Positions 24,281 to 37,312 of a stretch of 64,000 bases of DNA are shown here, one piece after another. Under the pieces are notes generated by a model that did no database searches, was not told the origin of the DNA, and worked only from the letters and a program-made list of their open reading frames with translations. The stretch's first letter is position 1. Each line of letters starts with the position of its first letter. The stretch is from the NCBI GenBank assembly GCA_951406725.2, contig OX597817.1, positions 162,688,001-162,752,000 of the forward strand, given 5' to 3'. Both the position numbers and the translations under genes were made by a program. The stretch comes from Octopus vulgaris (taxonomy: Eukaryota).

Positions 24281-25396
24281 TCACACTTTTGTATGGATAG
24301 ATGTATGCGAAGTTAAGTTGCACTTTTGAGCAAATGATTTACCACAGATATCACATAAATATGGTTTCTCCCCTGTATGAATACGATTATGATTGATTAA
24401 GTCACCACTTCCTGAGAACGATTTACTACAGATATCACAATGAAATGGTTTCTCTCCAGTATGGATACGTATGTGTTTAGTTAGGTTAGCCCTTTGAGAG
24501 AATGATTTACTACAGATATCACAGTAATATGGCTTCTCCCCTATATGAATACGCTTGTGTCGAGTCAAGTCACTACTCCCAGAGAACGATTTACCGCAGA
24601 TATCACAGCGAAATGGTTTCTCACCTGTATGCATACGCATGTGCTTGGTTAAGTCACTATTTCCAGAGAATGATTTACCACAGATACCACAGTGATATGG
24701 CTTCTCCCCTGTATGAATTCGCTTGTGGTTAGTTAAAACAGTATTATGAGAGAATGATTTACCGCAGATATCACAATGATATGGTCTCTCTCCTGTATGC
24801 ATACGTATGTGTTTCCTTAAATCATTACTTCCAGAGAATGATTTACCACAGAAATCACAGTGATATGGTTTCTCTCCTGTATGAATACGTTTATGTCTAC
24901 TTAACTTAGCACTTTCAGAGAATGATTTACTACAGATGTCACAGTGATATGGTCTTTCTCCTGTATGAATACGTTTGTGAGTAGTTAAGACACTATTTTG
25001 AGAGAATGATTTACCACAGATATTGCAGTGAAAAGGTTTCTCTCCTGTATGAATACGTATGTGTTTATGTAAGTCACTGCTTCGAGAGAATGATTTACCA
25101 CAGATATCACAGTGATATGGTTTCTCTCCTGAATGAAAACGTTTGTGTCTACTTAAGTTAGAACGCTGGGAGAATGACTGATCACAAATTTCACAATGAT
25201 ATGGCTTCTCCCCTGTATGAATACGTTTGTGTATAGTTAAGACGCTATTTTCAGAGAATGATTTACCACAGATATCACAATGAAATGGTTTCTCTCCTGT
25301 ATGAATACGTATGTGTCTAGTTAAGGAAATACCTTTAGAGAAAAATTTACCACAGATTTCACAGTGATATGATGTATCTCTCACCTTTTTTGACAT
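24281..25396 (-). CDS. ZNF2: tandem C2H2 zinc-finger protein, 13 fingers, 371 aa
   Basis: Intact finger array; ATG at 25396 (AAGATGTCA) as in ZNF1; ends HTKV*. Confidence 0.95.
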   Translation of the reverse strand: MSKKVRDTSYHCEICGKFFSKGISLTRHIRIHTGEKPFHCDICGKSFSENSVLTIHKRIHTGEKPYHCEICDQSFSQRSNLSRHKRFHSGEKPYHCDICGKSFSRSSDLHKHIRIHTGEKPFHCNICGKSFSQNSVLTTHKRIHTGERPYHCDICSKSFSESAKLSRHKRIHTGEKPYHCDFCGKSFSGSNDLRKHIRMHTGERPYHCDICGKSFSHNTVLTNHKRIHTGEKPYHCGICGKSFSGNSDLTKHMRMHTGEKPFRCDICGKSFSGSSDLTRHKRIHIGEKPYYCDICSKSFSQRANLTKHIRIHTGEKPFHCDICSKSFSGSGDLINHNRIHTGEKPYLCDICGKSFAQKCNLTSHTSIHTKV

Positions 25397-26259
25397 CTTT
25401 ACAAAGAATATAAAAACCCAATCCACTGTCAACTGTGATTTTCATTGAAATATAAAAATGGTGCTGCAAACACCTCAAAAATGTTGAAGTTTAATTAATA
25501 GGCAAAAGCACCAGATAATGAAGCAGGGAAATATGTTTTTTTTTTTTATCTCAGTTCAGAGCAAATATTTCACAGTAATTTCACCATAAAGTAATAGTAG
25601 TATGGTTATATCTGTCAGGTATACAATTTCCCTTTAGTCTTCAAAAGATGACAAATATTGAAGATGTCTCCAATATAAAAATAAATCCTGTTATGTCAAT
25701 GTTAATCTGAAATAATAAAGAAACAGTATAAGAAACAGAGGAGAGATCAATATGGAAATTTTACATTTCTTTATAAATAAACAAATGACATCGAATACCA
25801 TTGTATGAAATCTGCATATTTAAGGCATTGCTCCAGCCTGGCTGCAGTCACTTGACTGAAACAAGTAAAAGAATTTGTAAACTACAGGTAGGTGTGGGGA
25901 CAATGAATGGATGCACAGTCAACAGATTAGGCAAGGATAAGGGCAAATTGGGTAATGGTGGGGGAGGGGATGCCCTTATTGGGTGAAGCAGCAAGCTATG
26001 AGTTGCAGTTGTGTCTGGATATATATTTTATTTGTTTCAGTAGACTGCAGCCATGCTGGAGCACTACCTTGAATTTTTATTCGAATGAATTGACCCCCAA
26101 TGATTCTGGGTTGCTGGGGGGGGGGGGTCATGCGTAATCAACCCCTTTTCCCAGAAAAAGGAAAGATTTGGCTGCTATTTCTAGCACGCCCTGCCACCAC
26201 GTAACAGCTATTTGCGATAGAGGACCCACCGATATTTCGTTCTGAATTAGTTTTTTGAC

Positions 26260-26930
26260 TCCTTTCCCACTTTCTTTTCCGGTGAAAAGTGGCTTGCAGC
26301 GCGTTTGGTGGTCAGATACGTTGAATGCACCCGAAAAAACCTGTGGAAAAAAGACTATTTCACTCCGAGGTACGAACGGGCCCTATATTAACCGAAATAT
26401 TTACCGTTGAAAGTATGCGAAGTAAGGCATTCCTTCGATATAACTCGACAAAATCAAAACACTTCACTTCGGCTGTTTCTGTGAAAAGCACGAAAGAAAA
26501 CAAAAACCCGCGAAACAAAACTCCGTTGGTGGGAACCTTGGAGTTTCCCACCACCCTTCCCCTTTTCCTTTTCCGGAAAAAAAGTGGCTTGCAGCAGGTT
26601 TGTAGGTCAGATACGTTAAATGGCCTCGAAAAAGCTCGTGGGCATTCTTTCTACATAACTCGACAAAATCAAAACACTTCACTTTGGGTATTTCCGTGGA
26701 AGCAAATGACAGTTCGATTCTGTTTTCTGCTTGGAAATTTGTGGATTTTACATACACACATGAAACAGGTCAGAACAAATATGCAAGGCTTTTTTTTTTC
26801 TTCACGTTTAAAACGAGACATTGCTGGCATAATTTCGTTATATATATATACTCCACAACCCACAGGAATACCCGAAGTGAAATGTTTTGATTTTGTCGAG
26901 TTATATCGAAAGAATGCCAGCTCGTGGAAA
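26260..26930. repeat. CpG-containing region with direct and inverted ~47-bp modules upstream of ZNF2
   Basis: ggcattc..cgatataactcgacaaaatcaaaacacttcacttcgg at ~26426 and 26641, inverted at ~26871-26918; a second ~65-bp module at ~26275 and ~26570. Confidence 0.75.
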
Positions 26931-27665
26931 AAATTATGTCCATTACAGATTTTTAATTAGCAAACCTGCATTTTATTTTATTTCACATATAACAGTTGAG
27001 TGTGTGTTTTTTTTTTTTAAAAAAACAACATATCAATATTTCACTTGGGAAATATAATCCTTTTAGTAAAAGTCAACAAAAGTCAGTTGTTGACTGCCAT
27101 AACACTGCATCCTTTAAGGCCCTCATGCTTTCCGAAATCCGCCGAAACTACACCTGATTATATATAGACTTTAGATGAGTTGTAGTGCACCTGAGCACTG
27201 TACACAATTATTATTATTATTATTATTATAAGACGACGACGGGCGAACATCTTTGTTCCAATGTATCTTAAATGGTAGAATTACTGTATTCTTGGAGGGT
27301 TCGCGTAATAATTCTGTGATTTACACACACTATTACAGATTTATTCAAGTAAACCATTGTCAACTTACCGTTTTCAACATGACAACAGTGAGCAAACTGC
27401 AAAGGGAATGATCTCGTTGTTAGTTTTGGCTTTTCCAAAGACTTTTCCACTTTATTCTACGCCATTAACGGTCAGATAATTTCCCTCTCTAGACATCGAT
27501 TCGTATCTGTCTCTAATATATTGTCTTAACGTTTGAGTATTTATTTTCTACCAGCGATATTAAATCAATATAGAAATTCTAATCGTAATTATTTCTACAT
27601 CTGCATTTATGCATATGTAGATACATCTGCACTTAATGTACTTCAGTTATAAACGCCTTTTCTTT

Positions 27666-27815
27666 TTCCGCCGAGGTCGACTTTGCCTTTCATCCTTTCG
27701 GGGTCGATAAATAAAGTACCAGTTTCGCACTGAGGTCGATGTAATCGACTTAATCCATTTGTGTGTCCTTGTTTGTCCCCTCTATGTTTAGCCCCTTGTG
27801 GGTAGTAAAGAAATA
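27666..27815 (+). mobile_element. 5'-truncated SINE, family D
   Basis: ccgccgaggtcgactttgcctttcatcc...; flanked by the 18-bp repeat tataaacgccttttcttt; absent from the ZNF1 paralogous site. Confidence 0.85.
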
Positions 27816-28147
27816 TATAAACGCCTTTTCTTTGTATACAATCCAGTGCAATTTGACCGAACTATTAGGTCTACATTTAGCAATAACCGCTTGATAAGTA
27901 AAACTGTTTAATTCCTTTTTTAATTATGACTAAATAACACATCATAGAACCGTCGTGGTCGACTATAATTCTTCTTTCAGCATAATTAAGAGATTTTGAT
28001 ATCGGAATTATTATTCTCGGCGTTTCTCTTCTAAGCATTGTGAATCATTACCTTATTATAAAACAATATACCTTAAAGCAATACATATATTTAATATACA
28101 TTTAAACAAAGGATAAATGTAATGCCAGATATACACAGATATATATA

Positions 28148-28368
28148 TATTTCTTTACTACCCACAAGGGGCTAAACATAGAGGGGACAGACAAAGGGAG
28201 TAAGTCGATTACATCGACCCAGTGCGAAACTGGTACTTTATTTATCGACCCCGAGAGGATGAAAGGCAAAGTCGACCTCGGCGGAATTTGAACTCAGAAC
28301 GTAACGACAGACGAAATACCGCTAAGCATTTCGCCCGGCGTGCTAACGTTTCTGCCAGCTCGCCGCCC
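28148..28368 (-). mobile_element. SINE family D, full length
   Basis: Minus-strand head GGCGGCGAGCTGGCAGAAACGTTAG...GAGTTCAAATTCC; flanking repeat gatatacacaga. Confidence 0.9.
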
Positions 28369-31230
28369 CTCCGGATATACACAGACGGGAAGTGCAAGTG
28401 ATTAGATACGAATTGATGTCTAAAGACTGGAAAAGCTAAGATAATCCCAACATTTATGTCGTAGAAAAAAAGGAGTTAAAACGTTTGAAATTCCCAAACT
28501 TACAACGAAATAATTTCTTTTGGAGTTTGGTCGATACATTGATTTATTGTTTGACATACGAGAAACGGTAAGTTGACAAAGATTTACATGAACAAATCTG
28601 TAATGATATTATGAAAAATAGAACTATTACGTGAACACTTTAACCATAAAATCTATATTAGTGATAACACTATATTAGAACAATGATATTCACTTGCTGT
28701 CTCCGTCTTTTTGTTGACTTTCACAGACAGGATAATACTTCCAAGCTGAAATGTTGACCTGTTATTTTTGAAAGAAAAAAATAAAATACTTCAGTGTTCC
28801 ATGTAATATAAAGTAAATTACAGATTTGCTATTGAAAACATTTTCATGCTGCTAGTCATGCATAGATATTCTCTTCCACACCGCATGATGCTCTGAAATA
28901 TCTAATTAAACATAATTTAAACAATAACAATAAATAAAATGGCATTCCTTCTTTACTAGAACTAACTTGTCAAAACTAAGGAATGCTTTTAATTCTGATC
29001 ATTTTATTTTTTCTTTTATTGTTAAAGTTGATATGATGTGCATCTTTTGTAATAACCATAATTCATCGATGGTCGGGATATGGAATGTGAAAGAAATGTC
29101 TGCAATCAGATAGATGGGTTTTAGTGACTCTTGATGTCGATTTAGAGATGGTTTACAATAACTTATTGATTTAACTAGTTGTTATAATAATCTATTCAAT
29201 TCAGTATTTAAGAAAAAGTAATGGAGAGTAGAGTTAATATGAATGACAATGGGTGAGTGGGAAATAGAAATTTACAGCTAAAAATACAGATTTGTTGTCT
29301 GTATTTTGCGTTTGAAAAGAATGCTTGTGCAATTCTCAAACAGCCAAATGCTTCAACTAATATCATTGCTATTTATCCCTTCCATCACTAATGTATTATA
29401 AGAGATAATTTATGAGCATGGCTGCTGTATATGGGTTTAAACTTGATAAGAGATGTATGAGCAGATAGACATAAATACTACTCAGATATATATATATATA
29501 TATACAGGACTGCACACAAACAAATATATAAATATATGGATACTTGTATATACACAAATGTACCTGATACATATGTACTGACATGTGAATGTATGCATTC
29601 ATCATGATTGTACTCTGTCAGGTCTGACCTAGGCCCAAACGGTGAGCTTTTGAGAAAGCCTCAGTATGGTCATTTTAACTGCTAGAAAGAACAGCCACGT
29701 TCATTAGCATTACCCCACCCCCACCCATATCCTCTCTGTCCTGTCAACCTCCCCCCCCCATTTCATCCCCTCACTTCTCTATCACCTGAAAGCCGAGTAG
29801 GCACATACTACATACTCTGGTTTCCTCAGTCACCTTTCGTCCCTCGCCCCAAACCACTCCCATTTTCCATTATCTATCCCTGCCTATTGTCTTCATCAAT
29901 CACCTCCTTTCTGCACCTTCTCTCCCCTGTGCTGCTCTCCATCATTAACATCTTATCTATCAACCTCAATGCCCTCATATATCTACAACATTACCTGCCC
30001 CGAGCCTCTTGTACTTCTTTCCATCATTTGCTACAGTCACCTCTATCCTGCTCACTAGCCCAGTTCAAGCCTCTATTTAACCTCGCCTATTCTCACCATG
30101 TCCAGACACATTTTCACCATTATCTCTCCCACTATTGCTCTCCTTATTCTCTAACTCACTGTCCTGTATTTTCCAACTAGAGCATCCAGGTATCTACAGC
30201 AAGGCACCTACTCTGCCCCTCTATATATTTAATCTCTCAACTGGCACAAAGTCCTACCACCTCAATATTACTTCACCCTCTCAGCTGGGGTTTTACCTCT
30301 TTTTTTTTTTTTTCTAGCAATGCACTTGGTGACCTTGTTGGTGATGGTGCCACATAAAAAGCACATAAAGGGCTTCAATCTGTAGAAACCATATCAAAAC
30401 AGACAATAAAGCCTGATATAACTCCCAGTCTTGCCAGCTCCTGTCAAACCATTTAACCCATGCCAGACATAACAATTATGACGATGATGGCTAATGTAGT
30501 CCTGAAAATACAGAAACTGAAGAAAAGACAGGATAGTCATGGATGTAATGTTTTTGATCATAAGTTTGTTCAATCAGGGCTGATCTTAGGCTAAAGTGTA
30601 TTGAAAAATAATGTTCCTCATGAAAGAAGAATGTTAATGTTCACTATTCTGTTGTTTAATATAACAGTACACAATGTGATGGTGTAACTGTAGTGTATAA
30701 ACATGTAGATTTCCTACTATTTTATAGGACATAATTTGTTTCTCAATATAGAAATGTTAAATTTCCATGTTTATCTCTCCCTTGTATCTTATATTGTTTC
30801 TTTGTTATTTCAGATTAACGGATGAAATTGGCATAAAAGAACTTTTTTACGTTGGATATATCTTCTATATTTATCATCTCTTGAAGATTAAGGAGAATGT
30901 TATACAGAAGAGATATAAACCTTGTACGATAAATCTATGGCAGAGTGAAATACTGTGAAATACTTGCTCTCAACTGAGATTAACAGTAGCATTTCTCTAT
31001 GTCCTGTCTGATGTGTTTGAATTCTAAGTAAACTTGGATGAATTTCAAAGAGTTCTGAAGATATTTAGATTTCAGTGAAGATTACAGCTGAAAGCAGTGG
31101 AAATACTTGTAAGCAATAAATGGCAAGAAGAAAAATCAAAGTATACACTGTGGTGGCAAAAGATAGATAAAGGAAAAGTTTAACACGGTGAAAACTTTAA
31201 GGATTTGGTCTATTTTTGTCACTTGAAGAG

Positions 31231-33183
31231 ATGTCAAAAAATAGACAGAAATCATCTTATCATTGTGGTGTATGTGGTAAAATATTCTCTGCAAAAAATG
31301 TTTTGACTAAACACCAACACGTTCATGCAGGAGAGAAGTCATTTAACTGTGAAGCTTGTGGTAAATCATTCTCTCAAATTGATAAGCTGAGGTCTCACAA
31401 ATGTATTCATACAAGAGAAAAGCCATTTCACTGTGATATTTGTGGTAAATCATTCAGGACAAGTAGTCATGTAACTATACACAAGCGTATTCATACAGGA
31501 GAGAAACCATTTCACTGTGATGTTTGTGGAAATTCATTCTCTCAAAATGGTATTTTAACTAGACACAAGCGTATTCATACAGGAGAGAAGCCATATTCCT
31601 GTGACACCTGTGGCAAATCCTTCTCTCATAGTAATGTTCTGATTAATCACAAGCGTATTCATACAGGGGAGAAACCATATTGCTGTGACGTCTGTGGTAA
31701 ATCATTCTCACAAAATAGTACGTTAATGAAACATGAACGTATTCATACAGGGGAGAAGCCATATCACTGTGATATCTGTGGTAACTCATTCTCTGTAAGT
31801 TGTAGTTTAACTACTCATAAACGTGTTCATACAGGAGAGAAGCCATTTCACTGCGATATCTGTGGTAAATTCTGCTCAACTGCGAGTCAAATAAGTTTTC
31901 ATAGACGTATTCATACAGGAGAGAAACCATATCGCTGTGAAATCTGTGGTAAATCATTCTATCGAAATTCTTTGTTAACTTTACACAAACGTATTCATAC
32001 AGGAGAGAAACCATTTCATTGTGACGTCTGTGGTAAATCATTCTCTGTATGTAATGCCTTAACTACTCACAAGCGTATTCATACAGGAGAGAAGCCATAT
32101 CACTGTGATATCTGTGGTAAATCATTCTCTAACCGTAATATCTTAATTTGTCATACACGTATTCATACAGGGAAGAAGCCCTATCATTGTGATATTTGTG
32201 ATAAATACTTCTCACAAAATAGTACCTTAACTAAACACAGACGTATACACACAGGTGAAAGACCATTTGAGTGTCATATTTGTGGAAAATCATTCTCTCG
32301 AATGGATCACTTAGTTAAACACAAACGTATTCATACAGGGGAGCGACCATTTCACTGTGATGTTTGTGGTAAGTCATTTCTTGCAAGTAGTGCTTTAACT
32401 ACTCACAAACATATTCATACAGGAGAGAAGCCATATCACTGTGATATCTGTGGCAAATCGTTTTCTGGAAGTAGTGAGTTGACTAAACACAAACGTATTC
32501 ATACTGGAGAAAAGCCATACCACTGTGATATCTGTGGTAAATCTTTCTCTGTAAGTAATGCCTTAACTGTTCACAAGCGTATTCATACAGGAGAGAAGCC
32601 ATATCACTGTGATGTTTGTGGTAAAACTTTCTCAGTAAGTAATGCATTAAGGAGTCACAAACGTATTCATACAGGGCAGAAGCCATATCATTGTGATATC
32701 TGTGATAAAAGCTTCTCACAAAATAGCACCTTAACTAAACACAAACGTGTACATACAGGAGAGAAACCTTTTCAGTGTCATGTTTGTGACAAATCATTTT
32801 CTCGAATAGATCATGTCATTAAACACAAGCGTATTCATACCGGAGAGAAACCCTTTCAGTGTGATGTTTGTGGTAAATCCTTTGCAACAGGTGGTTCCTT
32901 AACTTCTCACAAACGTATCCATACTGGGGAGAAGCCATATCATTGTGATATCTGTGGTAAATCATTTTCTGGAAGTAGTGAGTTAACTACTCACAAGCGT
33001 ATTCATACAGGAGAGAAGCCATATCATTGTGATATTTGTGGTAAATCATTCTCTTACTGTAATGTCTTCATTTATCACAAACGTAGTCATACAGGTGAGA
33101 AGCCATATCAGTGTGATATCTGTGGTAAATCCTTCTCTCAAAGTGGTAATTTGACTAAACACAAACGTATCCATAGAGAATAA
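31231..33183 (+). CDS. ZNF3: tandem C2H2 zinc-finger protein, 23 fingers, 650 aa
   Basis: Intact finger array; first ATG at 31231 (GAGATGTCA). Confidence 0.95.
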   Translation: MSKNRQKSSYHCGVCGKIFSAKNVLTKHQHVHAGEKSFNCEACGKSFSQIDKLRSHKCIHTREKPFHCDICGKSFRTSSHVTIHKRIHTGEKPFHCDVCGNSFSQNGILTRHKRIHTGEKPYSCDTCGKSFSHSNVLINHKRIHTGEKPYCCDVCGKSFSQNSTLMKHERIHTGEKPYHCDICGNSFSVSCSLTTHKRVHTGEKPFHCDICGKFCSTASQISFHRRIHTGEKPYRCEICGKSFYRNSLLTLHKRIHTGEKPFHCDVCGKSFSVCNALTTHKRIHTGEKPYHCDICGKSFSNRNILICHTRIHTGKKPYHCDICDKYFSQNSTLTKHRRIHTGERPFECHICGKSFSRMDHLVKHKRIHTGERPFHCDVCGKSFLASSALTTHKHIHTGEKPYHCDICGKSFSGSSELTKHKRIHTGEKPYHCDICGKSFSVSNALTVHKRIHTGEKPYHCDVCGKTFSVSNALRSHKRIHTGQKPYHCDICDKSFSQNSTLTKHKRVHTGEKPFQCHVCDKSFSRIDHVIKHKRIHTGEKPFQCDVCGKSFATGGSLTSHKRIHTGEKPYHCDICGKSFSGSSELTTHKRIHTGEKPYHCDICGKSFSYCNVFIYHKRSHTGEKPYQCDICGKSFSQSGNLTKHKRIHRE

Positions 33184-33752
33184 CCATTTCACTGTAATAT
33201 GTGTGGTAAATTAATCACCCAAAAATGTATCTTGGCTTCACATGTATCTGTCCATACAAAGATGTGACTAGCATTGTCAAAATTAATTACATTTTACAAC
33301 AGCAAACAATATTTTAAAACCATTTTCCATTATAAATCATGGATTCACATTATGCACTGAGAAGTAATCCACGACAATAATTATATATATGGTTCTGTTT
33401 TTGAAGTAATGTTCTTTACACTGATGCACTTTCTTACGTCAACCCTTGCAGTGGTGTCTTACCTTGGATACACATATTTTATATGGACATGTGCTATTTT
33501 TTTTCAAGTTCAATGTATGTATGAAATAACTCATATAACCATAAATGTATTTGTGGAAGGAATATATTGCATAATGATAACAAGTGGTTATGACTATATT
33601 TTATATTACTGCAGCTATATCTCTTCATTGGTTATGTAATATATTATTGTGATATTTTCAATAAAAGTATATTCATATATATTCTGTGTAACATATTATA
33701 CAAATATTTTTTTTATTGTTATTGTTTTTCAGTGTTCAGTGAAAAAATATGT

Positions 33753-33979
33753 TTAACCCTCTAGTGTTCAGATTATTCTATCAAACATAATGCTTATTGA
33801 TTCTCATTGATTTGAATTAATCATGCATTATCTCATATCTTCAAGATCTTGATGGTGTAATTACTTAATGTAGAATAACATTGTAGGGTAGGTGTGAGAG
33901 CCTGGATCTGGTCAGTTTGAACATAAAACAGATTAAATATTTTGGCCGGATATGGCCGGTTTAAATACTAAAGGGTTAA
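33753..33979. mobile_element. TTAA-flanked MITE (second family)
   Basis: TTAA|CCCTCTAGTGTT ... AATACTAAAGGG|TTAA. Confidence 0.75.
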
Positions 33980-34119
33980 AGTTCCCTAAAGATGTGGAGA
34001 CATGATACATAACATATTTTCATGACTCCTAACATTGTATTTTGCAGGAGAAAATATATGTTTGAGAAAAATAAACAAACAAAATATAAATTGCACCAGC
34101 ACTAATCATTGATATGGTT

Positions 34120-34464
34120 AATAAGAGACCTATTGAGTCAAGTACATTAACATCAAAATAAATATCAAAGCACCATCCGAACGTGGCCGATGCCAGCGCT
34201 GCCTCGACTGGCTTCTGTGCCGGTGGAACGTAAAAAGCACCAACCAATTGTGGCCGCTGCCAGCCTCCCCAGGCACCTGTGCTGGTGGCACATAAAAAGC
34301 ACCCACTACACTCACGGAGTGGTTGGCGTTAGGAAGGGCATCCAACTGTAGAAACACTGCCAAATCAGAGTGGAGCCTGGTGCAGCCTCCTGGCTTCCAG
34401 ACCCCGGTCGAACCGTCCAACCCTTGCTAGCACGGAAAACGGACGTTAAACGATGATGATGATG
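34120..34464 (+). mobile_element. RTE 3'-end copy
   Basis: Ends ggacgttaaacgatgatgatgatg. Confidence 0.85.
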
Positions 34465-34717
34465 AATAACACTGGTCTGCATTTGGGAATTTTTTAATTT
34501 TTATTTTTGTTGATGGATGTGATCTGTATTCTTGAATTGCTGATTTTAAATATCAAAGCTATTTTGCGCTATCACATAAGGATTTTCAATAAAATATAAA
34601 TTAATGATAAAAAAATGTGAATTTTTAATAAATTATTACTTTATTAAAATGAACCAAATAGTCATGGAAAAGCATGTTCTATTAATTTTAAGAACATATG
34701 TATTCCAAGTCAACATC

Positions 34718-35134
34718 GGATCTTTTCGGTTTGAACGGCAGTTTTTTAAAATAATTTCCACGTAACTAAACACTTTTAAACTTCGTATACTGGTAGAATG
34801 TGTCACATAAAACATCTTTTTCTCTTGGCTTTATTGAGAAAATTCTATAGTTTTTAAGATACTTGTTGTTGTTTTTCTTCAATTTCTGTAATTTCAACCA
34901 ATCAATGACGTCTATTGAGGTGAAAACATTCTGTGCCATATGAATATGTCCCTCGTTTAAGAAACAGATTGGCTTCATTTACATTTCTGAAGAAAAAAAG
35001 ATACCCTTCCCCCACCCCTATCCCTAACCCTAAAACAGATTGAAATGCAATAGATCGATACTAGGGTCTTAATTATGGCTGACAATTTCATATGACACTG
35101 CTAGAAAAAACTGCCGTTCAAACCGAAAAGATCT
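34718..35134. mobile_element. TIR MITE with 8-bp TSD and internal CCCTAA repeats (possibly Merlin- or MULE-like)
   Basis: TIRs ggatcttttcggtttgaacggcagtttt / aaaactgccgttcaaaccgaaaagatct; TSD tcaacatc / tcaacatg; partial relatives at 38936-39168 and ~3533-3700. Confidence 0.85.
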
Positions 35135-35189
35135 TCAACATGAAATGATTCATGTTTACCATGAATCATCAAAATTCTGCTTCATGATG

Positions 35190-35815
35190 TTGGTACCAAC
35201 TGAATGTTTCAGGAACTAGAAGCTTGTATTCCTTCAGTCTAGAGCCAAGTAACTGTGCACATTCTTTTGGAAGGTTGAGGTCTCTGACAAAGTCACTTCG
35301 TTGAAGAGATTGAAATTGTCATTTGTTGGTGGTTTATTGTGTACTTCCATCTCATTAGTATCACCAGCACCAGACTTTGATGAAATTACCCATGTCTCAA
35401 GTGCCACAGGTACGGGAATATTATCTGAGTATGGAACAGGCCTTATTATTGATGGAAAAATTGGGTATATTATGTGATCCTTAGTCTTATTTAATCCAGC
35501 TACTTTAGTCATATAGAAGCAGCAGTCATCAAGGTGGTTCATTTGCTCTCACCATACCATTGGTATTACAGAGAGCATACGTTGCAGATTTCAAACTGAC
35601 CACATTTGGAGCTTACTAATACAACTCTTGCAAGCTTTGTGAGGTACAAATAGCTTGTCCTGGTCTCCACATTTGCAGCCAAAATAAGCTAAATAGCAGC
35701 ACTTCAACAAAGGAGTAATATTGCTCCAGGAATCTGAAGATGTGAAATGCCTGCAGTCATAGCAGAATATGTCTGGTGAATTTATGCAGCCTCTAGACAC
35801 ATTCACAATCTGACA
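35190..35815 (-). mobile_element. Decayed DNA-transposon ORF N-terminus (Cys-rich; tentatively Chapaev3/CMC-like)
   Basis: GCINSPDIFCYDC, YLAYFGCKCGDQDK..PH.AC.SC, PMVWRE, NHLDDCCF, IRPVP and VRDLNLPKECAQLLGSRLKE, with stops and frameshifts; family assignment is from memory and unverified. Confidence 0.6.
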
Positions 35816-36989
35816 ATAAAGAAGAATATTTTAGATTCAATATTTAAGTCTATATAAGGTAAACATTTTCATAGGTCATACACTTCATCATTTATTTATA
35901 TAAAAAGAGAAAAGTACTGTTTCTATATAACTTGAGAACCTGATGTGCTAAAGATGAAACTATGAATTACTGCTTTTCATATATATTTCACAAAAGATAC
36001 CATACAGTCAATAAAAAAAGTCATGCACACCAGAATAATTCAGTTTGGACATGTGTAAAGTGTATTACAATAAACATTGACGTCTAGGGAATTTTCTTTA
36101 TCACTAGAATCATAACTTCACTAAACGTAACTCATCAATCTCGAAAGCATGAAAGGCAATGTCGACCATGGCACTAGCTGACGGTTAATATTCTCCACAG
36201 TAACAATACTGCGGCCATTACCAATTGGGAGCAGCTGAGCATGGCTTTTGTTCAGGGATATGTAGCCCATCATCCTCCCTCTCCATCTGTTTTACAGACC
36301 CCTAGTTTTTTCTATTCTTTTTTTTTTTTGCTGTTTCTTTGTACTTAAATGTTATGAAGAAAAAAATAGAACATATTTATCACTACTTTAATAAACTAGA
36401 AAAGTACTCGGAGAGCGCAGACCTCTTATTTTTCCATTGTTCCCATAAATTAAAAAAATCACCGTACATATTATATAAGCATGAATATTGCACGGAACTG
36501 CACTTATGTGCATGCATCAAGTGATAGATGATATAAAAAAACTTAGTTCAATTTTTTAAAAAATATACTTATCACTATTCACCCACCATCATCATCATTC
36601 TCTGTGTTTCTTTAACCTCTCCATCAAAACATTACCCCTTTTGCTAAAATTATATGCATAGATTTATAGTGAAACAGCAAATTGATCATGGCATGTGAAG
36701 CCCTCACTACGAAACTTGATATACTAAAAGTAACAGCTAAATATCTGGAGAATTTTTGTGCTTGTATGTGTGCTTATCCAAATGAGCAGAGAAATAAGTA
36801 CACAGAAATATATTTTACATACCTGTCATATACAGCTGTTTTGTTTTTTCACTTTAAAGGTAAACAATTCAGATAGAAGCAATTACCTTGCTGTCAGTTC
36901 AATCCCAATAAAGTACTACAAGTTTAGTCACTGGCTCAGCACCTATGTTTGTGTGCTTCATACCAAAATGATAAAAACTTTAATATAGT

Positions 36990-37312
36990 GAAGGTGCATG
37001 GCTTAGTGGTTAGAGCGTCAGGCTTACGATTGTGAGGTTGTGAGTTCGAATCCTGGACTGAGCTGTGTGTTGTGTTCTTGAGCAAGACACTTTATTTCAC
37101 GTTGTTCCAGTTCACTCAGCTGTAGAAATGAGTTGCGACGTCACAGGTGTCAAGCTGTATCGGCCTTTGTCGTACCCTTGGATAACACTGGTGGCGTGGA
37201 GAGGGGAGGCTGGTATGCATGGGCGACTGCTGGTCTTCCATAAACAACCTTGCCCGGACTTGGGTGACTTTCTAGGTGCAATCCCATGGTCAGTCATGAC
37301 TGAAGGGGGTCC
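36990..37312 (+). mobile_element. tRNA-derived SINE, family A
   Basis: A box TGGCTTAGTGG, B box GTTCGAATCC; flanked by ttaatata. Confidence 0.9.

Larger units (their letters stand above)
27455..28567 (+). promoter_or_regulatory. Putative promoter and non-coding first exon of ZNF3; splice donor after 28567
   Basis: Homologous to 5365-6105 apart from two SINE insertions; GAGAAACG|GTAAGT. Confidence 0.6.

Noticed and set aside
26325-26960. 211-aa ORF upstream of ZNF2
   Set aside because: Built from direct and inverted repeat modules (EVKCFDFVELY appears on both strands) and shows no recognisable domain
30767-30958. Similar 63-68 aa ORFs before ZNF3 and ZNF4 (also 43652-43858)
   Set aside because: They span the intron polypyrimidine tract and acceptor, are broken in ZNF1 and ZNF2, and reflect nucleotide homology only
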